The position numbers and the translations under genes were made by a program. Below are positions 26,693-39,400 of a DNA stretch of 64,000 bases, in pieces; the first letter of the stretch is position 1, and each line of letters opens with the position of its first letter. The stretch spans positions 24,490,001-24,554,000 of the forward strand of contig CM069137.1 of NCBI GenBank assembly GCA_035221665.1, written 5' to 3'. This DNA comes from Okamejei kenojei (taxonomy: Eukaryota). A model generated the notes under the pieces. That model was not told where the DNA came from. It did no database searches and saw nothing but the letters and a program-made list of their open reading frames with translations.

Positions 26693-28846
26693 GTATTTTA
26701 TTCAAATATATATATATCTATATATATAAGTATATACATCTGTGGATATGTATATGTGCATATATAGCTTTTTTTCAAGTGCGGATATTTATAATACGCG
26801 AGGAAATAAACTTTGGTGAATTTCGTCCGCTCTTTCCCGTGAATGTTGTGGGTAGAAAACTTTGTCCAAGTACCTGACGCCCAGGTGTAAAAAAAGGTGT
26901 TGATGAACTAATATGAAACGAGTCCATCAGCTGATATGACTCCTTTAGAACATTCTAGGATTTCTACTCCAGCTTCGCCTGCGTCCGAAGTTGCCTCTAT
27001 TTATTTTAGGAAGGAATGGATTGTTGAAATATACCGTTACCTGCTACTGCAGTGCGAGGCTCTCGACGCGTCCCATGTCCTCGCTGTGTGCTACTTGAAG
27101 AGGGAATTTTCAAGGGATTTAAGAAGCTCGGTATTGCTTTTATTAATACCAGGAAAATTTTCGGGGGGAAAAGTCAAAATTTTGCAAGTGAAGGACTCTC
27201 CCCGTCCCTTACTATTGTGAATGGATTCGTTTGCAAAAAACTTTAGATGCCTTTCGGAACTGTGCCGTGTTTTCAGTTTCCCTCGTCGCACTCTTTATCG
27301 CAAAACTTCAAAAAGGGGGTCAGAAAAATCTATGGTAATGACAAAAGTGAAAGTTGGTTGCGTGTTTAAGTTGAATCATTGATAAAGTCGGTTTGTTCAG
27401 AATTCAGGGGAGCAGATGATGTATTTTTAAAAAGTATGATTCATTGTGTAGGTGGTAGGCGAAATTCTTTTATTTTTTCCCCTTTACTTGGAGAAGTAGA
27501 ATGAAAGTATAATTGTTACGTATAACACATTGATGGCATTTTTCACTAAGTCATGCTTGGTCGCTTATATGACTTTATCACATAAGTCAGACGAGCCATT
27601 TTTGAGTGGTCTTTGTTGGTATTTAAAAAAAATGATTATGTGGCTTGTGGTTGTGCTTTCATATATACAATGTACACGAGTAAATATTAGCCATTTAGCG
27701 TATGGTTGCTGGGCGCTGGTTTATCTGATACGAACCTTTTCAAGAGTGGATTTTATGACTGGATTCCCCCTATTTGTCAGTTTCGTTTCAGTTTGAATTC
27801 ACAACAAAACATTTTTTTTTAAAACGCTTCCTGTCACAATTTACACGCTGTAAATTTGTCCTACTATAAGTAAAAAAAAGAACATCTGTAAATTTGGGGG
27901 AATTACCATATCCATGTCATATTACTGTTACACGTTGCCCACATGGGCCGGAATTACCTTTGGTTCCTGGGGTTGTTTGATGCTTTGGACTGTGTGAACG
28001 TGCGTGTGAGTGGGTGAGAAAGGAAAGGGGGTGGGGGTGGGGAGGTTGAACGAGCGCTGGGAATATTCGGTTTGAGGAAGAGAGGGTGCAAAATAAAAGT
28101 AAATAACGGGCAGGTAAAAAAAAAGTGTGCAATCCAGAAAGGGCGGAAACGCATCGATTGACACTGAGTCTGATCTCAGCCGGCACCGTTACTTTGCCTT
28201 TCATCACCTCAGTTGCACATGTACTTTAACGATTACACGTTTCCTACAGTCTGTTGGAATAAAAATCAAACATTTCCTAAGTCCTGCAAAGCAGCGCCCT
28301 GCTCACACGCCGGCGGACCATCGACCGCTTGGGTCTATGCTCCCACCTCTCCCATCTCGTAAGTCAGCGAATCGCCCACGCTTCTCCCCTCCCTTCATCT
28401 AACTCAAACAAAAGGCTAAAGTGAAACAACACACACGCACACACCCAACAAAAAAAAAGCCTTCTTTTAAAAAAAAAAACCTCATGCCCGATTCTGACAA
28501 CATTGCCTTCTTTTTTTAAAAAAAAATTGTATTGTATAACAAAAAAAAACTAAAAACAAATAATAAATAAAAAGCCGTTTGATCTTTTCCGTGTTTGGAC
28601 GGGCTGCAAGCTTTCCGCTGTCGTGCAATGGCCCCAGTTTTGAACCTTTTGAGATAAAGAGTTGTGTGATGTGCGCTCAGAGCGGCGAGGGCGGGCAGGA
28701 GGTGCTAGCTTGGAGCTCCCGAGAGCCACAGTCCGCTGAGTGCGCTGGTGGCCGGGCTGTCTTTATTTCGCGGGCAGTATTTAAATGAGTACCGTAAAAC
28801 ACATTGTTGGCGTGTTGTGTTTTGTAAACGCTGCCTCTGTTTTTTT

Positions 28847-28890
<44 letters not shown>

Positions 28891-28905
28891 ACTCTCTCTC
28901 CGAAG
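26693..28905 (+). other. ZEB2: ZEB2 intron 1 (5'UTR intron, ~2.2 kb)
   Basis: GT at 26693; long (TC)n polypyrimidine tract at 28853-28900; candidate AG acceptors at 28904-28905 and 28914-28915. Confidence 0.75.
28853..28900 (+). repeat. (TC)n microsatellite acting as polypyrimidine tract
   Basis: Direct reading. Confidence 0.9.
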
Positions 28906-29115
<210 letters not shown>

Positions 29116-29681
29116 TAGCAGCGGCTCCTTTTTTGTGTGTGAGTGTGTAATGTTGATTGACTTGAAGAGGGGAAACCTCCCCCAGTGAAAGTGCTGAATG
29201 TATGTTGTGTGAAAGTTACTCCTGTCCCTCGCTCTCCCCAATACATCGGTTTGCCTAAAAGAGAGAAAAAAACCGTTATGTGTCTCTTTTGTTTGTTTTC
29301 CAAGCGATCGCTTATTTATTTAAACTCTTCCGATTAAAGAGAAACGGCGTACCAGACTCTGGCACCAATTCAGGCTAACGGCACACACATCCCATATATT
29401 TGTGTCAATGTTTTAATACTTTCGGTCCGATCCGGGGGTAATCTTTGCACTCTCTCTCTCTTTCTCTCCCCTCTAAAAGGATGGGTAACTTTTTTTTGGC
29501 CCATAAAACAAAAGCCGAAAGCGAGTTTCTTTATTTTTTTCCCCAAAGAGCAAAGCCGTGATCTCCCCGTGTGCCCTCTTGTTTCTTTAGATGTTGTTGT
29601 GTTGTTGTTGTGTGGTGTGGGGGAAAGGGTGGGAGAGACTGATAACGGAATTAGAATAAAACGTCTTTGGTACTCACACCT

Positions 29682-29683
<2 letters not shown>

Positions 29684-29720
<37 letters not shown>
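29684..29720 (+). repeat. (GT)n microsatellite
   Basis: Direct reading. Confidence 0.95.
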
Positions 29721-29721
<1 letters not shown>

Positions 29722-30087
29722 CCGCGCCCCTTGTCCCCTTGCAGTGTTTAAAGCTCGCGTGTGCGTGTTTCAAATCCAGGCTTTTGTTGATGGGTTTATT
29801 ATTGATGTTCCCACCTCGCACAGGCTCAAATGTGATGCCGCCAGATCGACATTTTGTGTAACAGTCATTTCATCATGTGTGTCATTTACCCCCACCCCCA
29901 CTTCCACCTACACATCCCCACCCCGTCCCCTTTGCCGGGGTTGTTTGGCTTCATCACTTAACAACGTGTCCGTTACAATAGCTGGAAAAATAAGAAAGGG
30001 AAAAGGAATTGCGAGTTTCTGTCCACACTGCCCAAAACGACTGGACGGGGAAGACGATGTGTGGTGCGTTTGTCCGTTGCCTTGCCC

Positions 30088-30088
<1 letters not shown>

Positions 30089-30127
<39 letters not shown>

Positions 30128-30291
30128 TACGCAATCTCCTTTAGCAGATTAAAGTTATTGATTTACTCCTTTTATGTTGTTATATGAAAGATTGAGTCTG
30201 ATTCCCCTTTTTGTTTCCTTTCTCCCTCTTCCTGACCAAGTATTCCAGTCGCACGTTGCTGGTGGCAGGAGATTTAACCTGAGTGGCTTTC

Positions 30292-30351
<60 letters not shown>
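30089..30351 (+). repeat. Poly-C tracts C38 (30089-30126) and C59 (30293-30351)
   Basis: Direct reading. Confidence 0.9.
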
Positions 30352-30354
<3 letters not shown>

Positions 30355-31369
30355 TTCCCCTCCTCCATACCCCTCTCTCCCACCCACCTTCCCCCTCTCT
30401 TGTACATTTGTGAGCGGTGTTCGCCAAACATTGGGACACGGGATTTGAAACCAGTGTTAGGGAAAGATAAATTAAGGTAGGGACCTTTTTTTTGAACCGA
30501 CATCCCGTTCAGATCAGTGGCTGGGTATCTGTCGTGACCAAGTTTTCTTGAGTGCCTCGCTTTCCGGTCTTTTTAAAGACGCTACCCCCCCCCCCCCCCC
30601 CCTTAAGACTTTAATACATCCCCTCCCTTTTCTTCCTGTTCTGGTCGCCAGTTAAAAGGCGGCAGGTAAAAGCACTTTTCATTTACTCCCGTGTCAAACA
30701 TGCATTCAAACGCCTTTCCCATGGGGAGGGGGGGGGGGGGTCACCTGCATTTATTATATTCGTTTGCATGATACGGTTTATAATATATATTACCCCTCCA
30801 CTCCTCTCAACACACACACCACGTCTCTCCTGGAGACATGGAAAGATGTCAGCTCCTTGCTTGTGCATCCGCTGATAGCAGTATTTGAAGATGTTATCAG
30901 GACGATATGTATTACAGGAAAGAAGACGGAGAAGGGGGGGGGGGGGGCGTGGGGGAGATGTTGGACTGCGAGTAATTGTATGTGATCAGCCAGGAGGGGA
31001 GTGAAAATACCGAGAGGGAAAAAAATATCGAACAAAAGGCAGTGTCATTTTCAGTCACAAACCGAGTCAGATGATTACTGACTCATCTGTAACTTTGAAA
31101 CACTTTTACTTTAAGTGTTTTGTTTCAAGACTCCGGAGACCTGCGCTTACTTAATAATTTATACTTTGGGTAACTTTGATTTCCAGTTAGATCAAAGGAA
31201 ATCAAACTGCTTTTTAGCAAGTGAAATTGATGTGCATGTAGCAATTTCGCAACTGGTAGCCGCGTTCCCGTTATTGAGGGTGTAGATGCACCGTGAAAAT
31301 AAAGTGTCCTTGTCGATTTAGTTAACCCTTCGCAAGGATATTTTGTTATATTACTTTCCTTTTCTCTCC

Positions 31370-31385
31370 ATCTTTCTCTCTCTCC

Positions 31386-31417
<32 letters not shown>

Positions 31418-31482
31418 GTTATTTCTTTCTTTCTCTTTCTGCTTCTCTCTCTCCCTCTCTCTCTCTCGTTCTCCCCCTCTCT
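31370..31482 (+). repeat. (CT)n-rich tract
   Basis: Direct reading. Confidence 0.85.
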
Positions 31483-32879
31483 GCTCCCTTACCCCACCCG
31501 ATCACACACGGATCCTGTTCACGACTTTCCCTGCGAATACTCATGTTTTGCTGAGAGTGGTCTTTGTTCACAACAGAAATAGTGCCCACTATGTTTAATT
31601 ATTAAGTAAGGTCGCCGATTTCACCTCCCACACATGCTTATGGTCATTTTATATATTTTCTGTTCAAGTCCCATTCGTCAAAGTGGTCACTTCAGCGAAA
31701 GCTTTCAAACTGAAGTTGATCCGAATTCGTTTTGAAGAACGGAGGTTAACTCACACCTCGAGAATTGTTGAAAGAAAGTTTGGATCTTGTTTTCGAAGTA
31801 GAGATGAATTGCGCGAGGTGTGTGCGCCCTATTAATAACATAAAACAAATGCAGTTGAAACAAAACTTGGCGAATTCTGGACGATCTAACTCCGCAAAAA
31901 AAAAAAAAAAAAATACCGAGGGTTTTCTAGCAGGGGAGGGAGAGAGAAAAATAAAAAAAGGCCATGGGATTAACTCTTGTGGGCCGACACTGCTGTTTCT
32001 GTTGAGCGACGTTAAACAGTGAGCCTATCATCATGGTCGACTGACCCAGTGTATGTCTCAGTCCAGGTTTCGGGCGGCGGCCAGCTCCAACAACAAACTT
32101 AACACCCCAGATAACTTGTGAAAGAAAGGTGGAAGAGTGGAGGGGGCCGCAAATTCCCCGCAGACAATGGTGAGGGGGAGATAAGCATCACTCTAGAAAC
32201 CCTCGAAGCCATCAGCACACTGTTGCAATACTTTCATCAGGTGTTGCAAGTAACAGCCAACTGTAAAAGCTGCACTTGGTTGCCATTTAAGCTACCCCAG
32301 TGAACAACTGTGAGGGAACTAGAGTTTTTGTTTATCTAGATTTTATATCATGCATAATAAAAGAGCACCGTGGACATAATTACAGGCGACCGTCTAGTTT
32401 ATTTTTTCTCAGGTAATAAAATCACTCAATAGGGTTGTGAGGATTTATTCCCCCCGCCCCCTCTACTTACCTCAGACCAGTGGCCATCAATCATCAGCAG
32501 TAAACACATTAGTAAAGGATCTTTCCCTTCTGCTAGGATATATTGATCATTGTCAATAAAGGTGGAATGGATTGAGAGTAAGAGACCAGATGCTGCTTGC
32601 AGTGTTTTATGTTTGCATTTATGCTGAAGGTAAAGAGGATAGGCAGAAATTGCATTTATAGCAACATTGCTTTCAAGACTTAACAGAGGCAGATTCTTTC
32701 CAATCCAAACATCTTAGTCCGCTAACACTAGTCCTGGCATTGTAGGTACACTCTCACTAAAGAGGGAAGGAAAAAGCTTTCCGAATATTTTTACTTTAAA
32801 GCCTTTTTGTTTTCGCTCCTTGCGTCATTTCTAAGAAAGCCGTTTCCCAAGGTACATGCTATTTTGCGTCTCTGTCATC

Positions 32880-32884
<5 letters not shown>

Positions 32885-32921
<37 letters not shown>

Positions 32922-33132
32922 TATATAGAGAAAGAGAGAGAGAAAGCTGTGTGTGAGAGTGAGTGAGTGAGTGAGTGAGTGAGTGAGTGATGAGTGAGTG
33001 AGTGAGTGAGTGAGTGAGAGACAGATAGAGAAAGAGAAAGCGAGAGAGAGAGAGAAATTGTGTGAGTGAGAGAGTGAGAGAGAGAGAGAGAGAGACAGAG
33101 AGAGAGAGAGACAGAGAGACAGAGCGAGAGAG
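32885..33132 (+). repeat. Compound (GA)n/(GAGT)n microsatellite
   Basis: Direct reading. Confidence 0.9.
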
Positions 33133-33752
33133 CAAGAGCAGGTTTGCAGTGATCACAGACAATTTATTGTCAGGACTAATGTGTTTCATTTACATGTTAT
33201 AACGTCAATAGTGCTAGGGTGTCCACTGTCCTACTCAGTGCACAATCACACAAGGGTGTAATTGTCTGTGCGTCCAAGACAGACACCTTTCCTGATGGGC
33301 TTTTAGTTGGCTTTTTGAGCCTGTTTAAAAAAAAATAGCGGAGAGGGGGGTTGGGAGAGGGAACGAGTCAGGCTGGCTGCGATGGCATTACTGTTGAAAG
33401 AAAGATTCTTTGCTTAAAGCGTGTAACATAATTAATAAAGATCTTCCGACACTTAATTGCTGATGGGCTGAGCAGATGCATGCACGATCATTTGGAGAGG
33501 AGGGGAAAAAACTAAGCAGGGCTTTCAAAGCAAAATAATATGTTGTAGCTGAGGCTGGAACGTTTCCTTTCTTTAAAAAGAAAACTTTGTCATTTAAAAG
33601 TGTGCATATGCATGTTATTGTGAGAAGAGTTATTTATTTTGTTGTCTCTGAGAGTTCTGCCTAACGGGAAAATATGCACAGCAGAGGTACCGTTAGCTGA
33701 ACTCTGACACTGCGGTCTTTTAAATGCCTTAGGTATGATTTCACTTTCACTC

Positions 33753-33889
33753 NNNNNNNNNNNNNNNNNNNNNNNNNNNNNNNNNNNNNNNNNNNNNNNN
33801 NNNNNNNNNNNNNNNNNNNNNNNNNNNNNNNNNNNNNNNNNNNNNNNNNNNNNNNNNNNNNNNNNNNNNNNNNNNNNNNNNNNNNNNNN
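33753..33889. other. Assembly gap (137 N)
   Basis: Run of N. Confidence 0.99.
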
Positions 33890-34515
33890 TTGCATTCGGC
33901 ATCAAGAACAAGATGAAAAGAAAAGTGAGAGGGAAGGAGAGAGGGAAAGAGAAAGGAGGGGAGGGTTTGGTGTCGAGGAAAATAGCTTAGGTGTTTGTAA
34001 AAGCTAACTGGGCTTCCCCTGGTTACATCCTTACATGGCTAGCAGTCTCCCCTGTCTATGTAGCCTTGGCCTGCATGACGGATAGATAATGTTTCAGGAT
34101 GGCATGCCTGTACTATTCGTGGCCACTCGCTTTAACACTTGAGCAGAACAGTCTAAAGAGGATCAAATTCTATTCCCGTATCTGAGGTCAGGTGTATGTT
34201 CCGAAAATGCCTGCTGCACAACATTTTGTTTTGTGTTGTTGGGCAGCACAGTACCACACAGTTCAAAAGGAAAACCAGCGAGAGAAGCTGTTTTACGTAT
34301 CCCCCCTAAAAAGGAAATACATTTCTATTCAGACGATTTCGATTTTAGTTTCAACTTAATTTCACCAGATCGGGGAACACAATTTAAAAATAAATAAAAG
34401 TTGTAATTCAACGTGTTTGGACCAGCACACATCGTGCTGAGGCGACATTCCGCTCTATCCAGTCAAGCCACGGTCACGAAGTTCAAGGTATTTTACAGCC
34501 ATTTAGTCAGTGAAG

Positions 34516-34695
34516 TTTTAAAGAAGGAACTGCAGATGCTGGAGAATCGAGGGTTACACAAAAGGCTGGAGAAACTCAGCGGGTGCAGCAGCATCTAAGG
34601 AGCGAAGGAGATAGGCGACGTTTCGGGTCGAGACCCTTCTTCAGACTGGTCAGGGTTGATGTGGAGAGATAAAGAACAATGAATGAAAGATATGC
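34516..34695 (-). mobile_element. PLE pLTR insertion
   Basis: pLTR sequence with 11-bp TSD AGTCAGTGAAG (34505-34515 and 34696-34706); same subfamily as the 4250 copy. Confidence 0.8.
34617..34644 (-). ncRNA. Minimal type I hammerhead ribozyme motif
   Basis: Same intact CUGAAGAAGGGUCUCGACCCGAAACGUC motif. Confidence 0.7.
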
Positions 34696-36256
34696 AGTCA
34701 GTGAAGGTGACAGCTATAGTTCAGTCGTCACCTTTATCACTAAATCTTAAAAAGGGCAGGGTTTTATTTTTCGCCAAAAATGCGCAAGCAGCCAACCATA
34801 CATTTTTCACGGACCAATTGGGGCAATTAGCAGCGATTAATTGGCTGGGTTGGACTTGGTGAAATGAACACGAATGTCATTTTTGAAAACCAGATGAAAT
34901 TACTCTTGTTGAAATATATATGACTTTCTGGGAACTGTGTGCAATGCACGACTCCCGTTTTTTTAAAACTTCTATCTACCTGCGTGGTGTGAGAGACACT
35001 GCCAATCAATGCTGGTTTGAAATAGTTTTGGAAGGGCAGTCTTCGAGTTGCTGGAGGTTTCGCGTCGATTTTGGGTAGCGTTTGAGTGTTAACTCTTTTA
35101 ACTCTGCTTTTCTGCTCTCTCCGTGATGGCTAGGGGCGTAGGCGTGTTTACTTCAGCGAACACCTTAGCAAACTTGTTAGAGTTGGGAGAACATTGAACG
35201 TCGCGAACTGGTCGCGAAATAGCGGGAGGGTTTTTTGTGCGAGGTGAGGTGCGAGGCTAATTCTTTAGCCAGGCCGAAGAGATGTGGAACCTCTGCAGAG
35301 ACACTTGCAAGCGAATTAACCCTTTGAGGCTTTGTTTTACCTCGACACCAACCAGATGAACAAAGACAGTAATGTTTCGGGGGGGGGGGGGGGTATCGAC
35401 AAATAAAATCCGTGTCTTAAAATAAAGTGTCATTTGTGAACTTTACATGTGGTACTTAATGAGTTAAAAGTCTATTTGTCCGTGCCGGGCGGCTTGGCAG
35501 TGAGAGAAAGTTGTTGAGGAAGATGTGTTTGCTGTGGTGGTTATGAACTTCTGTGTCCCTGCTGAATCCGGTTGACTGTTGCAGATAAACTTCCCATTAA
35601 GGTAGACACAAAATGCTGGAGTAACTCAGTGGGAACGGCAAAGGTGTCCTGCCCCTGAGCTGGGAATCTCCACTTTAAAATCACGTTACCAAAGAGATGA
35701 AAGGAGTTGAAATTGGACATGGTACAAGGAAGCAACGCACGGTTCCTGCGGGAATCCCAGGGTTCGGTGACAGAGGGAAGGGAGGAAAAGGGATTTAATA
35801 AATGTCTTCGAAATTGATAGAGCTAACGTCTTGGGCGCGGTTTTCCAAGTCATGGAGAGGAAGCTTGTTGCATTCACGATTCCTGGTGGATTGTCCCAGG
35901 AACTTGAAACAGGGAGTCGGTAGTCTTGGCGAAGTCGGAAGGTTCGGCAGGGTTTCGCACGCCTACAGGTGGCCGGTTGACAAAGCCACTTACTTGCAAG
36001 GCTCCTCAATCCGGCCCTTCGCCCATTCTTTAAAGGGCCGGGAAAACAGAGCGGGTGGGGGGGGGGGGGGGGGGGGGGGGTTGCAAAATCTCACAACAAA
36101 ACAGTGCATTACACAGCATAGATGAATACAAATCGGAAAGGGTACCTATTTAGTAGCAAAGGTTAGGAACTTTGAGCATTACCCCTAGAAATAAACTTGT
36201 CGGACCCCCCCCCACACACAGCAAATTGCCACTGAATCAACTAGATGTGTGATTGT

Positions 36257-36359
36257 TAGAAAAATAGGTACAGGAGTAGGCCATTTGTCCTTTCGAGCCA
36301 GCACCGCCATTCAATATGATAATGGCAGATCATCTAAAATCAGTATCCCGTTCCTGCTC

Positions 36360-36395
<36 letters not shown>

Positions 36396-36436
36396 ATCCC
36401 TGATTCCTTTAGCCCTAAGAGCTAAATATATCTCTC
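36257..36436 (-). mobile_element. CR1-like LINE 3' tail
   Basis: Reverse complement of the 3'UTR type seen at 9880-10020, with an expanded poly-C. Confidence 0.75.
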
Positions 36437-39400
36437 TAGTTGGGGTTTACGCGGATGTGCAAAATCCACCGGTACACACGGGCGATTATTGCTGCCGACA
36501 GTTTGCACAATGCGGTTTACAACGCACTCTTGGAACTGGATAGTACTGCTAGTCTGGAATAGTCACTGAAAGAAGGAAAAAAAAACTCATAAAAGAGCAA
36601 CTGGTAATCGAAATAAAAACGATGGCGTTTTTGAATTCATACCCGCTCACGGGAAAGAGACGTTTTACATATCCGAGTGCATGTGTTGCATGGATAGGTG
36701 CATAAAGCGAGAGAAAGAGTTGGTAAAACTATTTTGAATGAGAAATGGGAAGTGACAGTGCAAGTGCTGTAAGTGAAGCGAGCTGCTGCAGCTATCTCCT
36801 GCCCTGGGCTCTGTGGTGAAGCACTAGTTTTAAGCTATAATGTAGACATACGGCATTGTATATTTGATTGTTAGGTGGAAGAGCACTTCTGGCAAGGTCA
36901 TTGGGAAAGAACAATCAATAGCAGATCGACAGATTAAGATATCATGACATCTGGAATACAAGCCATTTATTTATTTATTAACATGAATTTCAATACTACA
37001 TATACTCTTACATGTAAACTTCATTTTTAAGCTGTCCTCTTTTTCATTTCCCCCCTTGGAAGTAGATACCTTTCACTCCCATCCTATCTGCTCCCTTCTA
37101 TTTTTTACTGAACTAAAGCATGCACAAGGGCTCTGAGCAGGGTGGTAGATAGCCTGTCCTCAAGTACCTTGCATTGTCGATGCATGAATCAGTGACACAG
37201 GATGGCTCCAGAGCTGACCTTTTATTAAATGGGGAAGTATTTCGATGCAGCCTGATCTTTCGATTTATCCGTGAAACAACACGGATAAATTAAGAAAATC
37301 TAGCTCCTAAGACTGTGATTATTTTTTATTTCATAGTTGACTTGTAATTAAAGCATGAATAGAATGTATCCAAGAGCTAGATATGTCCACACCTGCAATT
37401 TTTTAAAACGTTGGAAAGATCTTTTATTAGTTTTAACAATTAAATGAATCGTGTGCAATATCACAGGAGCCAATGAAGCTTAAAGATAGCTGTTTATTAC
37501 AATTATTTTTAAGTTTATCTTGTCACAAGGTTCTGTGCTGTTACATTGTGGTGTTGACCAGCACTTCCTCAGCCAGCAAGTGGTAACTGCAATGAAAGAT
37601 TTATCTTCTGCTGTTTGAACCCCTCTGTACCTGCAATAGTTCACATGTAAATGGATCAGTGATTTCAGAGGTCTCAGGGTAGTCTCCATTTGTTCTAAGA
37701 TAGCAGTGTCTACTTATACAATAAAAAGCTGGGGCACATGTGCCTCTTTAATCTGGTGATGCACCCACATGCAGCTGTGCTCACACGAGCAAAGTTCAAT
37801 CGAGTATCCCATCTTCAAAGTGTTTGTGTTTTTTTTGATAATTTAAGTAAAGGTTGCTGCACTTTCCTTCTTCCTATAACGAAGCGGGATTTGTGTAGCA
37901 ATTCTGGACATCGTTGCCTTTAATTTTTCATACGTTGTGTTATTTTTATAACTGCTTTCAATATACAGAGCAATATTCTTACCACTGTTAAGTGATAAGT
38001 GCTCAATAATGGGTACCTTTGTAGCAAGGCGTTCTACATCAAGGGAGTCGATGTCCTGAGCGGGTGAAGTTCTCAAGACATTACATGCCGTTTTCTTACA
38101 GGGAATGATTGGATACTTTGAAAAATTTACAGGTCACAAGGATACCCACTTTGTGAGGCATACATTGTCTCTCATATTTCCTTTCAATTGGCACTGGAGA
38201 GATAACCTAAAATTAAATGATTTAATTAAGTGAGATGCTTTACCGGTTAGAATACACAGGGTGAGGCAAATGGTCACAAATAGGTAACACAATTGGAATC
38301 CAAGTTTCTGCAACATGGGAACTCCTCAAACTCTACAGTAGTTTGGGGAGAATAACCACACTATACCTGATTGACGAATCTAATTTGTTTTAGGGACAAA
38401 CACCGAAGAAAAGGCAGTGCAGAGAAGGCTAGTTCAGATGGCCCTTGTCAACTTAATGACTCTTGAAGATGCAACTGAACTGAATTCAACCTTTGTACCA
38501 TTTTCTATGCCCTGATTCTAGTATCCAGCAGCCATGCTAATCCAGCAGAATTTGCTTTCAGCAGATTAGTCAGAGTGTGAAGTCTTCCTTGCATTTGGTT
38601 TAGAAAAAAAGCACTTCATGATGTTCATTCAGTGGGCACATTTAGATCCGTCCAAATAATATGCAGGAGCCGCTTACCCTTCCTGCCCTCCAACACCTTT
38701 GAAACTAGAGGACATGTGCAAGTGTGTGTATGTGTGAGTCTGTGCGTGTCTTACATGTGTCCACACCTTTACATGTGTGGAGTTGTTACACATTGTTGTG
38801 CTGAACAGTAGCTGTTGCTAGCTACAGTATAGAGAAACATGCGCGTACACACACACACACACACATCTGTGGCTGGCAGGAAGGAGTTGTCTTCAGTAAT
38901 TAATGTAATGAAATATTCATCTGCACTACCTTTTCAGTAGTCTCACAAATTAGGCTGTAACACTTAATGTCTGCACTGCCTCCGTTTTTATTATAATGGC
39001 AGGTTTTGCATCCGCAATTAGGACTTATACTGACAGTTACAATTTCCAAGGGATGGTAAACAGCATGGTGTATGAGAAGCGTAATCCACGTGCAAAGCCC
39101 CCATCTCTTTAACCTTGTTGTTTTTTGTGCAGAGGTTACCTTTTCCCGACAGTGCAAAATCGACTTGACATAACTGTTCATCAGTTTCAAGGTTCTCCCT
39201 CGAGGTATTTACATCAAATCAGCCCAGTCAAGCTTCAAGTTGAAATTGGCAGCCCAGAAACTGACAGGGTTGGGACTGGGAAAGAGACAGCACATAGGCA
39301 GCGAATTGACAGCAGCAGGGTGAAAGAGACAAAGCTTCTCGGCTTCTGTGGAAAAAAAGATCAGCCCTAACAGTGCAGGTCAGCAGCGACACAAGGCACT

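Noticed and set aside
26871-26887. Bipartite ZEB autoregulatory site (TACCTG...CAGGTG)
   Set aside because: Six-base motifs are expected by chance; no supporting evidence.
29684-30503. Poly-proline/poly-glycine ORFs
   Set aside because: Translations of poly-C and (GT)n tracts; no coding signal.
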